Assembly (NCBI GenBank): GCA_003990765.1
Contig: RBNJ01000294.1
Location: 1 to 33,869 of the forward strand
DNA length: 33,869 nt
DNA from: Jimgerdemannia flammicorona
Lineage: Eukaryota
Reading direction: 5' to 3'
Both the position numbers and the translations under genes were made by a program. The notes below the pieces were generated by a model, which was not told where the DNA came from, made no database searches, and worked only from the letters and a program-made list of their open reading frames with translations. Numbering within the stretch: position 1 is the first letter of the stretch; each line of letters opens with the position of its first letter. Shown one piece after another: positions 1-11,700 of this stretch.

Positions 1-348
1 GACCTTCTGGTACTTTCCGAATGCTTAGAAATCCTTTCTTGGCACCGAGCATTAACTAGTACTTATTTAGTTAGTCACTGAATGTCCTGGAAACTTGTAG
101 AACTTTATTTGTCATCATTTGTCATCTCTGCCGAGAACTTTCCTCTTGGCATTTTCCTTTGATTTCTCAGATCCTTCCAGATCCTTCTTTCAGATCTTGT
201 ATAAATAACCCCTTTGTTCTCATGAATAAAGCTCAGAATACTTTCTCCCAGAAATCCTTCAAGAATACTTGAATCCTTAGTATCTCTTCGAGCTACTTAG
301 GACCACCAGAATTAGTCGCTTCCTCATTTAGAAACTAGAACCATTACA
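1..348 (+). repeat. Partial LTR of the chromovirus C family (3' or solo LTR), inserted into gag of element A
   Basis: 170-348 closely matches the reverse complement of the C LTRs (25008-25471, 30517-30978) and ends ...CCATTACA. No PBS follows; 349 onward resumes gag sequence homologous to B 9365 onward (agtttgctaagataact vs gatttgctgaaatgact). Confidence 0.85.
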
Positions 349-3300
349 AGTTTGCTAAGATAACTACATACTTGGTAATATTGTTAGAGAAGTTCAAAAT
401 ACCAACAGGAGATCAGTACAGAGATTTGCAGTTGCTATAGAAGAATGCAATATTATATACTTTAGATACAGAGAAGAAGACCACTATACAAAGAGTTACA
501 TAACTGAAACAAGACTCAAAGCCCAACTAAGCAATGCTATCAGAACTAGAGAATAAACCAATACAGTAGTCATTAAGGAGATTGGTGACACTGATAATAA
601 AGAATACTATAAGAAGTCTGAATTCTACTCTGTTACTGAAGATACTAGAATCTAGTCCAAGCCCTATGACAAGAAGGGCAAGAGCAAGTCAGTTGGAAGA
701 CTAAAGAAGACCCCAGCTATCACTATTCAAAGCAAAATCCAATTTAAGGAGATTGATTAAGACATGGATTTAGATGAAGCTATCTGCCAAATTATTGAAG
801 GCACTACTCTAGTCTCCAAAAAAAGTGAAAGCAAGAAAGATCAGAAGCTACACAAGACTAAGATCCACTAGTTGATATCTATAAGAATCTCAAGAAATAG
901 AAGGTCAATGCTACTTTTGGACAACTAGCTAAAGTTCTTAACTTCAGACAGCAGTTGAGAGTAAGACTTATAATAATTATCAAGAATGAAGAGTACAAGA
1001 TCATAGAAGCTCACAATGTACAAGAAGAATCCAAACACTCAGGCAAAGATCTGAAGACTAGCACAAGACATCAGCCTATACTCTATATCAGATTGAAGAT
1101 GGTATCTTTGATACCATCATTGATACTGGTGCTGGAGGATGCCTTATGAGCAAGAAGACAATTGACTGCCTAGACTGAGACAATGAAGAGTTTACCAAAA
1201 TGGTCTATGTTATAACAAATGGTATATGAGCTATCCCCTTAGATAAGATCCAAGAAGTCCCCATCAAGATAGGAGAAGCTACCATCCCAGTAAATGTGAT
1301 TATTATAAGTACTACCAACAATGATATTCTAATTGACAACTAATGGCTTTATAAGGCCAAGGCTATCATTGACCTTAATGCCCAGAAGATGTAGATCAAC
1401 TATAGAGGAAGAAAGGTATGAGTCTCTATCAATGGCCACAAAGGAGTACTATCAGATATGAAGGAAGGAGATGAAGAGGACACAGAAGTCTTCATACACT
1501 CAATGTATAAGAACAAGAGTAAGACACCCAAGCTCACAGATGAGCAGTGATATAACAAGATCATTGATAGTTATACTCCTCAAGAAAGATACCACCATGG
1601 TATCAGAATGTACTGCTCCAAACATTTGAATAACTACTGGTCCTGTATCAGTGAAGTCAGGAAAATCTGCTAACAAAAGCATGAGCAAGAAGCTGCTAAA
1701 GCAAAAAAGAAAGCTAAGAAAGATGACCAACCCCCAGAGCTTCAAGCTGATAGTGATGATGAGGAGGAGTATGAACCAGACATCACTCTTAAGGTCAAGA
1801 AGTTCCATCCTGAAGTCAAAATCTCAGAATATAAGACTAAAGGAGCTATATAAATAGACCTTACTAGCATTTAAGATGCTATCCTCAAACCATAGACCAC
1901 TACTCTACTTGGCACTAGAATTGGAGTCAAGTTGCTAGAAAACTATGTCAAAATTATCAAGACTAGAAGCAGTCTGGCCAAAAGTGAAATCTCAGTTGAA
2001 AGAGGAGTAATTAACCCTAATTACACTGGTGAGATCTTCTTTATAGTCAAGAATCACAACTCCACCACTCCATTCAAAGTCAAGAAGCATAACAGAATTG
2101 GCCAGATACTGATTCATGAAGTCAAAAAGCCCCAGATTACTAAAGCCATTAAACTTATCAAGACTAAGAGAGAAGAATAAGACTTTTGATCTACTAGAAG
2201 AGGAGTCTATGATATCATCAAGATTACTGAACTTGAGCACAAGAGAGACAAGGACCAGAACAAGTACATATATACCATTTGAGAAAACTTTTTCCTAAAA
2301 GAACAACTTCTCAAGATCCTGTACCAGAATGAAGAAGTACTTACTATAGACTTCAGGAACATCTACAATCAAGACCCAAGTACTACTATGAAGTTGACAC
2401 TGATAATATCAAGCTCATCTATTAGAAAGCCAGATCTATACCATCTGTTTACAGAGAATAGCTGCAAGCAGAACTCAAGGAAATGAAAGAAGCTAGAATC
2501 ATTAAGCAAACTATCAGCCCCTGGACTTCACTTATTATTCTTGCTCCAAAGAAAGGAAGTAAGCCTGGAGAGTTTGTTCCAAGACTCTGTATTGAATACA
2601 GAAAGCTCAATGCAATTACTAAGAAGGATAGACAGCCCTTGCCAAATATTCAAGAAATCCTTACCACTCTTGGAAGTGAAGCCAAATACTATACTATCTT
2701 GGATCTGTTCTCAGACTTCCATCAGATTGGTCTCACTTAAGATATCAGTAAGAAATCAGCCTTCATCACATCAGATACCATCTATATCTACCTGTAAATG
2801 TCATTTAGAATGTACAATATCTCAGTAAGTTTTCAGTAAATGATGAATAGAGTCTTCAGCAATGAGATTGGAAAATGGCTCTTTATCTATATTGATAATA
2901 TAATCATCTTCAACAATACTGCACAGGAATATGTCAATTATATATAACTAGCTCTCAAGAAGCTCAAGGAGTATGGCCTCTACAATAAGTCTAAGAAGTA
3001 TAATTTTACAGCTCAAGAAATCACCTACCTAGGACACATCATTAACCAGACTGAAATTCACATGGACCTTATGAAGATTAAGGCTGTTGGAGTCTACCCA
3101 AGACCCAGAACAACTACAGAAGTCTATGTCTTCCTTAGACTGGCCTCCTACTACAGAAGATTTATCAAAGAATACTCCAACATTGCAGCACCTATCTACA
3201 AGCTACTGAAGAAGGAGAACAAATTTGAATAGACCAAGAAATATCAAAAAACCTTCAATGAACTCAAGACCAGATTGATCCAAGCACTCATCCTCAGGAG

Positions 3301-4905
3301 ACTAGATTGGAACCTAGAGTTCATCCTGCAGACAGATGTAAGTACTATAGAACTTAGAGCAGTCCTAGCTTAGAAGAAAGATAGACATGAATATGTTATC
3401 TCCTATGTAAGCCAAGATATCCATAGAGCAGAACAGAACTATAAGTCATAAAAGCTTGAATGCTAAGCAGTAGTTTGTACAGTAAAGTTTCACTACTATC
3501 TAGCTAGGAAATACTTTATTATTTGAAAAGATCATTCTGCTCTTATCTGACTATTCAATAGTCTGAACCCCAAAGAAATATATACCAGATAGATATACAG
3601 ACTGTAAGAGTATGAATCTACTATTAAGTACTACTCAGAAAGAACTAATGCCAATACTGATGTATTCTCAAGGTCATCTTGAAATATCTTCAACAAGACT
3701 ATTCAATATGAATAATGAGCTATACTATAGATTAATCAGCTACCTTGGGTAGTAGAAGATGCCCAACCACCTCAAACTCTAGACTATCACCATCATCAAC
3801 TAGACTTTGAATCAATTTGAACTAGACAACACCACACTCAGAAAAGGAGAAAAGCTTATAATACCTGAATACAGAAGAATCAAGTAATAAAGGAAGTACA
3901 CAAACAAGGATATCTAGGAGGAACCAATATATATAACAAAGTAAGAAGAACTATATAGTGGCCTAAGATAGAAGAAGACCTATACCAATTTGTCAAAGAA
4001 TATGACAAGTACCAAAAACAGAAATAAGATCACTAAGACCAGGTACCCAGATCATCAAGAATTGAGTCTATCTCCTTCCACCACATCACAATGGATATCA
4101 TTGGATCACTACCAGTAATACTATTAGGAAACCACTATATTATAGTTATTATAGACCTCTTTATCAAATAGATAGAAGCAGGAGTATTACAAGAAGTCAA
4201 TACTCTCTCTATAGCTGACTTCCTGTACTAAGAAATCATTTGCTGCTACAAGACACCAAGGTAAATCACCACAGACCAAGGTATAGAATTTTTCAATGGA
4301 TTCTATATTCTATGAGATAATGTATTAGAAATATAAGATTCAGTATACCAAGACCACTACATACCATCCTCAAGGAAATAGATAGACAGAAAGAACCAAC
4401 AAGACTATCAAGAACATCCTGGCAAAGATCTCAGACACATATGACAATTGGGATAACTATCTCCCAACTACTCTCTCTGTCCTACAAGATATATAGTCAC
4501 AGAGTACACACTTTATCCCAAGAGAACTGCTCTTTGGAGAAGAAGATTCCAATAGAACCTTAGCCACAAATCTAGATCTAACTTGGAGATAGATTGACTC
4601 AGAAATCTGAAGACTACACCAAATCAGAAAGAAGGCTGAAGATTACATCATCAAGTTACAAGAACTGATAAGGAAGAATGCAGAAAAGAATCACAAGACC
4701 CTAGAACTCATCCAAATTGGAGAAAAGATCCTACTGTATTGAAATATGATAGAAGCCTCATAGTCATGAAAACTGGAGCCTATATGGAAAGGACCCTTCT
4801 ATGTATAAGATATTAAGAGAACTATCTCCTGGTTTAGAAAACTCTCAGAGACTGTACTACCTATCACAGTATACAGGAATAGACTCAAGAAGTACTATGT
4901 ATAAA
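349..4905 (+). pseudogene. gag-pol polyprotein remnant of element A (many transition-derived stops and frameshifts)
   Basis: ORF fragments 1932-2180 (dUTPase: TRSSLAK, GVINPNYTG, NRIGQ) and 2483-2740 (RT); end placed by homology with the B pol end. Confidence 0.85.
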
Positions 4906-5260
4906 CCTATATAAGAGAAGCAAAACATAATGACTGTCTGCAAGGTTCTAGTCCATAAATCATACCAGCATGTCCCATGACTAGCAGGCAATCTATTTGG
5001 ACCATTCTCTAAGAGATACAGCACTAGCAACTACTTATCCATGAGACTTTCGAAGTCAGAGGTATTTGAACCATCAACTGATTGGTCAAGATCATAATCA
5101 GGCCCTTGCTCTATATGAAGGGAGTGATCTATGCCAAAATATATAGAAAAGATACCAGCTCATAAACACTACTTTTTGACCCCCTGCCAGAGGTTATGAG
5201 ATTAGCAAATTTTTCAGACTGGACCAATGAATAAGAATGTTCAAGAGAAGATCCTTATTC

Positions 5261-5270
5261 AGGAGAAAGA
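5261..5270 (+). other. Polypurine tract of element A
   Basis: tattcAGGAGAAAGA directly before the LTR start; equivalent to B's tattcAGGAGGAAGt before its 3' LTR. Confidence 0.8.
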
Positions 5271-7077
5271 TATAATGGAGATCTCAGAATAATAATATTA
5301 GCACAGGAGTCAGCCTTTCTTTATAAGCTACCAGATCAGAGTATATATAAGAAGATCATATAGTATAACTTACCCAGGTTATAAGATGAGCAATGATGAT
5401 CAACTATGAGTCATTGTGACCATAAGAAAGATATCTTGAGGAATATATAACTCCTTATTATTGAGAGAAAGGATAATAAAATCCATTCTCTAAAGTTGGG
5501 AGGGGGGGAGAAGCTGCAGGATGAAAGTAACAGCTGTGATATTATGAGCTCCACATTCAGTTCTATGCCTCTGAGGTAACTTGCACAATTGATGGAAAAC
5601 TTGCATACAGTAATATAGAATACATAGAGTACATAAGAAAATCTCCACTAATAAAATAAAGATCAGTTGAGTGTCTAAAAAGTTGGATCTATTATGACAA
5701 CATCTTGAGAAATATAAAAGAAGAATCAAGAAACTACAGTAGCAGCAATCCAAACAAAGCTCACAAAATAGTTCAAAAGACTTACCACAAACAAATGCCT
5801 ACTGCTCACTAAACCTCAAGGTTCAGGAACTACCAAGGCTCCTCAGTCTAGAAAAGGATATTCTGAGACATCAGAAGAGTCATGAGGACCCATACAAGAA
5901 GGACTCCTAACATCAACCTGGATACTGGTGACCCTTATTATTATATTCTCTATTACTGAAAAATAGAAACAAGGATCACTATTACTACTGAATATCTCCG
6001 AATGTGACAGGAATATAAAATAAGAAACCTCCACTATCAGAAATTCCCTCAGGTCAGTCCCCAAGAAATATAAGATACCACCCCCATAGATATATATAAA
6101 ATAAGGACAGCTAAGAAGATTTATCAGGTCTTTAGGTATATACTATAGTCAATCTCCAACTTAGAGTATACTAGAATCTCAGACTTCAAGGAATGCTCAG
6201 CCTGCTGTACTAATGTACTAGAGTCCATAGTGGCCACAGAAGCCCAGTCCACTATAACCCTCAATAGTGATAAAGTAGAAGAGTTCTGGTATACCATCCT
6301 CCAAAACAATTCAGATCAATTTATGCAAGAATTGATCTCAGCATTCCAAGACCCCAGCATTCAGATTAGATCTCTCTAAGTCTCCATATTTGTTTCTTAT
6401 TTTATAGAAGAGAATGTTATATATTAGAGAGCCCCTGCTGAATATGATGATATTATTAGTAATAACATCATTCTGCATAATATATGCAAAACATACAAAG
6501 TAGATGAAATATTTGCAGATCTTATTTCCTTCAGCAGTAATGAAGATGAAGCCTCCATAGTTCTGAACATTCTGCTCTAATCTTGGTAACACCAAAGTCT
6601 TCTGGCTTTCTCTTTCTGTATAACTGAATTCTACTAGTATCCTTTTTCTGTAATATCTGAATCTTTGAGCACTCTTTTCCTATACTACTGAAATCTACTA
6701 GTATCCTGAACTTGTACAACTATTTGTATAGATACTTAAATTTATATTTACAACTATAGTTTTCTGGATTTTAGTATTTTATTTGGTTATTGAAATTTAT
6801 ATTTAGCTTTATAACTTAGCAACTACTGAATTATATTTTGTATAAATATTCCTCTTATTTCCTTTGAAATAAAGTCAGTCAAGTTTACTTACCCTCAATT
6901 CCATACAAATATCTTAGAGATAATAAGACAGTTTAAAGATAAGAAGTTTAAGGACTATAAGACCTTGGGAAGGCACTCTAATAAGAACTTGCTTATAACA
7001 AACTTATAGTAAGTCTAAGATATACACCTTGAAGAGAATCTGATATATTTGAAGAACTCAGAAACTACTATATAATA
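5271..7077 (+). repeat. Long (~1.8 kb) 3' LTR of element A
   Basis: Starts TATAATGG (mutated TGTAATGG) right after the PPT and ends TATAATA (mutated TATAACA). Homologous at both ends and over most of its length to the TSD-flanked copy at 15981-17477. TATA (gtataaata ~6840) and AATAAA (~6868) present. Confidence 0.85.
5795..6580 (+). pseudogene. LTR(U3)-encoded ORF of unknown function, 262 codons, frame intact but with internal stops
   Basis: ATG 5795 to TAA 6580 in one frame: MPTAH...DIRRVMRTH...QEYKIRNL...RTAKKIYQVF...ADLISFSSNEDEASIVLNILL*. Most stops align with sense codons in the second copy (16223-17030). Confidence 0.7.
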
Positions 7078-7836
7078 GTATATATATTCTGCTAAAAGAT
7101 GATCACAAATGTCATTTTTATAATATAAAATAATTTTAATTCCTCCTTTTTTTTTATTTTTTATTATTATCTGTTTTTAATATTTAGCTATAATTTGAAT
7201 ATATATAATTGATATTTTCATTGATAATATTGCAGCCATAATTATTTAAAATTACTTTGTTTGCAAGTAATAAATATATTGAACAAAAATGAAATTATTA
7301 TTATATAATAAAACAACTATAATGCAGATTATTGTATTTTGGTTGAGGTTTTCCCTAATAGTATGAAACTATTTATTTAAATTATCTCCACATTTTAGCA
7401 TTCTGAACAATATCAGTCAGATACTCCTTCTAGTAAATTGCTGTTATAGTATATCTGCAATATAGTACAGAGATATTTGTGAGTAATATTAGACTCTGAT
7501 AATATTGTTATCAATTAAGTTGATATATGGGTCATGTTTAAGACCATGTTTCACATGTTCAACTTGATGGATACTTTGAAAAATACTTGTTGGAAATGCT
7601 TTTTAGTTTTGACCCTCTAGCTAGTTGTTGTATATATAAAGTATATACTAATTCTTTAGAATATCAGATGATTGCAACTATATAGGGTATGTACTCCTTA
7701 AATATATATGTAGTAGAGGTATGCAAAGGTGGAATATATTTTAATACTAAATTGTATATGTTCTATATTGTTATTATTCTTAATATTTATTCTTTCTTAG
7801 TTAAATATATATATTATAAATTTTTTTTATTATCTA

Positions 7837-8104
7837 TATTGGATATATCTACTCTGATTATATCTGTATATATCTGATATCTAAATTTACTACAAATAGA
7901 GTCAGATAAATCTAGATATAGTTATATATATATTAATATTATATTTTATATCAATATCTACTCTACTATATTGATATGGTAACTCAATATATAGATACAT
8001 AATATTATACCATATATCATTCTATCATTTTATATCATTTATCAGTAATATATAAAATATATAACCTATACAACTTCAATAAAATTGCTCTCTCTTCTAT
8101 AATA
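7837..8104 (+). repeat. Putative 5' LTR of copia element E
   Basis: TATTGG...TAATA read as mutated TGTTGG...CAACA, ending 2 nt before the PBS; AATAAA ~8078. No partner LTR in the window to confirm. Confidence 0.4.
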
Positions 8105-8106
8105 AA

Positions 8107-8119
8107 GATTATGAGCCCT
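8107..8119 (+). other. Primer-binding site of copia element E (internal tRNA-iMet / half-tRNA type)
   Basis: GATTATGAGCCCT differs by one G>A from GGTTATGAGCCCT, the Ty5/copia-type PBS. Confidence 0.75.
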
Positions 8120-8134
8120 ACTAGCACTAAGTAA

Positions 8135-8602
8135 TGTGATGATATAGCCAGATTTGGAAGAAGGAAATAGAGAACAGACACTTGATCACACCCAGTCCCA
8201 AAGTAGTATAGCCGCATAGTTAACAGTCCTTGATTTCGCAATCTGCTAAATATTTCGCAAAGTGCAAGATCGAGCTTCCCGATATAGTATAGCATTTCGC
8301 AACCTGCTGAATATTTTGCAAAGTGTTAAATGACTCATAACTTAGCCATGTAACTCAGTAACCATCTTATAGCTTGCAAACTTGTATAAATAACCCAGTA
8401 TCTTCGAGTGAATAAACCTCAGATTGAAATAGTTCAAAGCAAAAGAGATAGCAAAGGAACTAGTAAGCCTGTGGGCAAATACACTTCGAACTCACCCACC
8501 CTCCCCTGCAACTTCAAGAGACTCTGCAAGAGTCAGAACAGTCAAGTTTTCAAAATATAGAAATCTGACATACTTTCAAGAGTAAGTGTTCGCTACATTA
8601 CA
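8135..8602 (+). repeat. 5' LTR of element B
   Basis: TGTGATG...CATTACA; about 25 substitutions and no indels versus 14372-14839 by manual alignment (~95% identity). Confidence 0.97.
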
Positions 8603-8605
8603 ACT

Positions 8606-8623
8606 TAGTACCCATTGGCTGGT
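8606..8623 (+). other. Putative PBS of element B (cognate tRNA not identified)
   Basis: tagtacccattggctggt 3 nt after the LTR; the D copy (21582-21599) keeps TGGTACCCATTGGCTGGT. Confidence 0.6.
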
Positions 8624-8704
8624 GATTCAAGATGAATCCCTCACTTTCAAGCTGAATAACAAACAACCGCCACTACCCAAACCAAGCCCCAATACCCAGA
8701 CAAG

Positions 8705-11700
8705 ATGGATATGAGACCACCAGTATTCCATAGATATACCTCAGATGAATCAATTATCACCTTTATTGATGATTTCGAGCAGTATGCTGCTGTAAGGACC
8801 CTGACAGCAGCACAGCAAGTAGCCCTCATGCCCTTCAGCCTACGAGGCCCTGCCAGAGCAGTATTCACAGCCGCAACCCATGCAGGAAATGATGCCAATG
8901 CTATACTGACAGCACAGAAGACCTGGCTCTGAAATACATATTATACAGACGAGATCAAGCAAGCCCTGAAGGATCAGCTCAATATAACATGCTAATGAAT
9001 AAGCGAGGATCAAACACATTCTATATCAGAATTCGATATCAGATAATCCTTGCAGATTATGCTGCTGCTATCCAAGATCAAGTAGCCGAAGCAACCTTCA
9101 TGAAAGGAGTCCACCCAGAAATAGCCATGGCCATCCACTCATCACCAGTGATTCTGGATCTGCCACAGAAGGTCACCTATGCTCAGTGATACTGGATAGT
9201 CAGACATCCACAAGACCATATAATGGAAAGAGTCACAGGAGTCAGAATGGAGGCACCCAAGGCAACCAGTGTGATTCCTACCACAATGATCAATCAAAAC
9301 ACACCTCAGCTAAAAGCTACAGAGCAGCAAAAGAATAGTGACCCTATGGAGGAACTCGCCAAAAGATTTGCTGAAATGACTGCCCACCTGGGAGATGTGG
9401 TAAAGGAAATTCAAGGAAGAAACTGCCGCTCTGTTCAGAAGTTCACTGCCATCTCAGACAAGAAGAAAGGTACCTGCTATACTTGTGGAGAAGAAGGCCA
9501 CTACTCCTATGAATGCATGAGTGAAACCAAGTGCAAGGCACAACCAAGCAATGCTACACGAAACAAGGAGCAGGCCAATACAATTACCTTCAAGGAGAAT
9601 CAGAGATTCTGACAAAGAAGAATGGGAGGCCTATCCAGCTCAGACCAGCAAGAAGGATGCTTGCAAAGAACCCTACAAGAGACCACCAGGAAGACCCAAG
9701 AAGAACTCAGTGGAAAAGCAGATGGAAACTGCCACGGAAAGCCAAGCCAAAGAGATAGACCAAGATACAGAGCTGGAGCAAGCAGTTCAAGATATCATCC
9801 AAGGAATCACTCCAGCCAGCGAAGGAGAAAAAGAGAAAAAGCTTTGCAAGACCAAGACCTTCAAGTATGATATCTTCAAGGACCTCAGCCAATAAAAGGT
9901 CAATGCAACCTTTGGTCAGCTTGCAGAAATCTCAACATTCAGACAGCAAATGAGGTTTGGACTTGCTGAAACAACTAAGGAATAGGGATGGAAGATAACC
10001 GAGGCCAATAATGTTCAAGAGGACTCAGGAGAAGAAAGTGAGGACAATCGCAAAACCTCTGCATATGCAATATGCCAAATCAAAGATAGAATCTTCGAGG
10101 CCATCATTGATACAGGAGCAGGAGGATATCTCCTCAGCAAGAAGGCAGCAGACCACCTAGGTTGGGATGTAGAAGAAGCAACTAAGCTGGTGTTCATCAC
10201 AGCTGATGGCACAAGAGCTACATCTCTGGGAAAGATCCGAGATGTCCCCATCAAGATTAGAGGAGCAACCATCCCAGTAGATGTAATTGTAACCAATGCC
10301 ACTAACTATGACATCCTCATTGGCAATCAATAGCTTCACAAAGCCAAGGCAGTAATTGATCTCAATGCTCAGAAGATGCAGATCACCTACCAGGGACAGA
10401 AGATACGAATTCCCATCAATGTCAACAAAGGAGTCCTGCCCAACATAGAGGAAGAAGAGAGCAAGCAAGAGGAAGCTTATATGGTAACTACTCCAAAGAA
10501 GAAGAAAGTTGGATGGATGAGCAAAGAAGAATGGTGCAAGAAGATGGCAGAAGGCTATGCACCACAAGGAGTCTGTCCTCACTGGATCAAGATGTACTGC
10601 ATAGAGCACATCAATGATTGCTACCAGTGTACCATCGCAATCAGAAAGATCTACCAGGAAAGAAGACAGAAAGCTCTCGAAAAACAGATCAGGAAAGATA
10701 AGAAGGAGGAAGATGATGAACCACCAGCCCTCCTGGAGGACAGTGATGATGAAGAAGAAATCAAGGTCAAGATTCAAAAGATCCACCCTGATGCAGTCTT
10801 GCCAGAATACAAGTCAGAAAATGCAGCCGGAATGGACATCACTACAGTAGAAGAGACTGTACTGGAACTCCAGACAACCACCCTACTTGCAACTGGATTG
10901 GAGATGACCATCCCAAAGGATCATGTTGGGATTCTCAAGACAAGAAGCAGTCTGGCTAGAAGCGAAATTACAATTGAAGGAGGAGTCATCGATTCAGATT
11001 ACATTGGAGAAATTCTACTCATTGCTAGGAATCACAATTCTACAATCCCATTTCTAGTCAAGAAGAAGGACCGATTGGTGCAAATGTTGATCTTTCCGAT
11101 CCTACAACCAAAGATCATAGAAGTTAAGAAGCTGGAGGAAACAAGAAGAGGAAAGAAAGAATTTGGATCCACAGGAAGAGGAGTATTCACCAATACCAAG
11201 ATCACCGAACTCGAGCATAAGAAGGAGAAAAACACAACCAAGCACAGCTACACCATCGGAAATGAATTTCCACTTAAGAAAGAACTCAAGAAAATACTCC
11301 ACGAATTCGAGGATGTCCTTGTCACAGATTTCAAGGATATCAAAGGAAAGACCCCTCACTACTATCATGAAGTAGATACTGGAGACACTGAACCAATTTA
11401 TCAGAAGGCAAGACCTGTCCTGCCAGCCTACTGAGAATGGCTCAGAGAAGAAATCAAGCAGATGGAAGAAGCTGGCATCATTAAAGAAGCAAGCAGCCCC
11501 TGGTCCTCACCTGTTGTACTAGCCCCGAAAAAAGGTAGCAAGCCTGGAGAATTCGCCCCAAGACTCTGTGTTGACTACAGAAAGCTCAACATGGTTACCA
11601 AGAAGGATCGCCAACCACTGCCCCTCATCAATGACATCCTCATAATACTGGGAGATGAAGCACAGTATTACAGCACCTTGGACTTATACTCAGGATTCCA

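Larger units (their letters stand above)
349..7077 (+). mobile_element. Element A: degenerate Ty3/gypsy LTR retrotransposon (gag 3' part-PR-dUTPase-RT-RH-IN, long 3' LTR); 5' part outside the window
   Basis: Colinear with B throughout: IIDTGAG protease motif ~1117-1137, dUTPase ~1788-2200, PRLCIEYRKLN and LDLFSDFHQI RT motifs 2483-2740, integrase ~4090-4500, PPT 5261-5270, then LTR. Confidence 0.9.

Noticed and set aside
9590..9615. Apparent programmed gag/pol frameshift in B
   Set aside because: D (~22555-22600) and A (~570-600) read through the equivalent site in frame, so B has a private 1-nt indel. The family appears to have a single gag-pol ORF.
10157..10786. 209-aa hydrophobic minus-strand ORF and similar antisense ORFs (1500-1808, 11942-12295, 16770-17060)
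   Set aside because: Antisense shadows of purine-rich plus-strand coding sequence, with no motif support.
10376..11434. Host dUTPase (DUT1) gene
   Set aside because: It is in frame with the protease and RT segments inside an LTR-bounded element.
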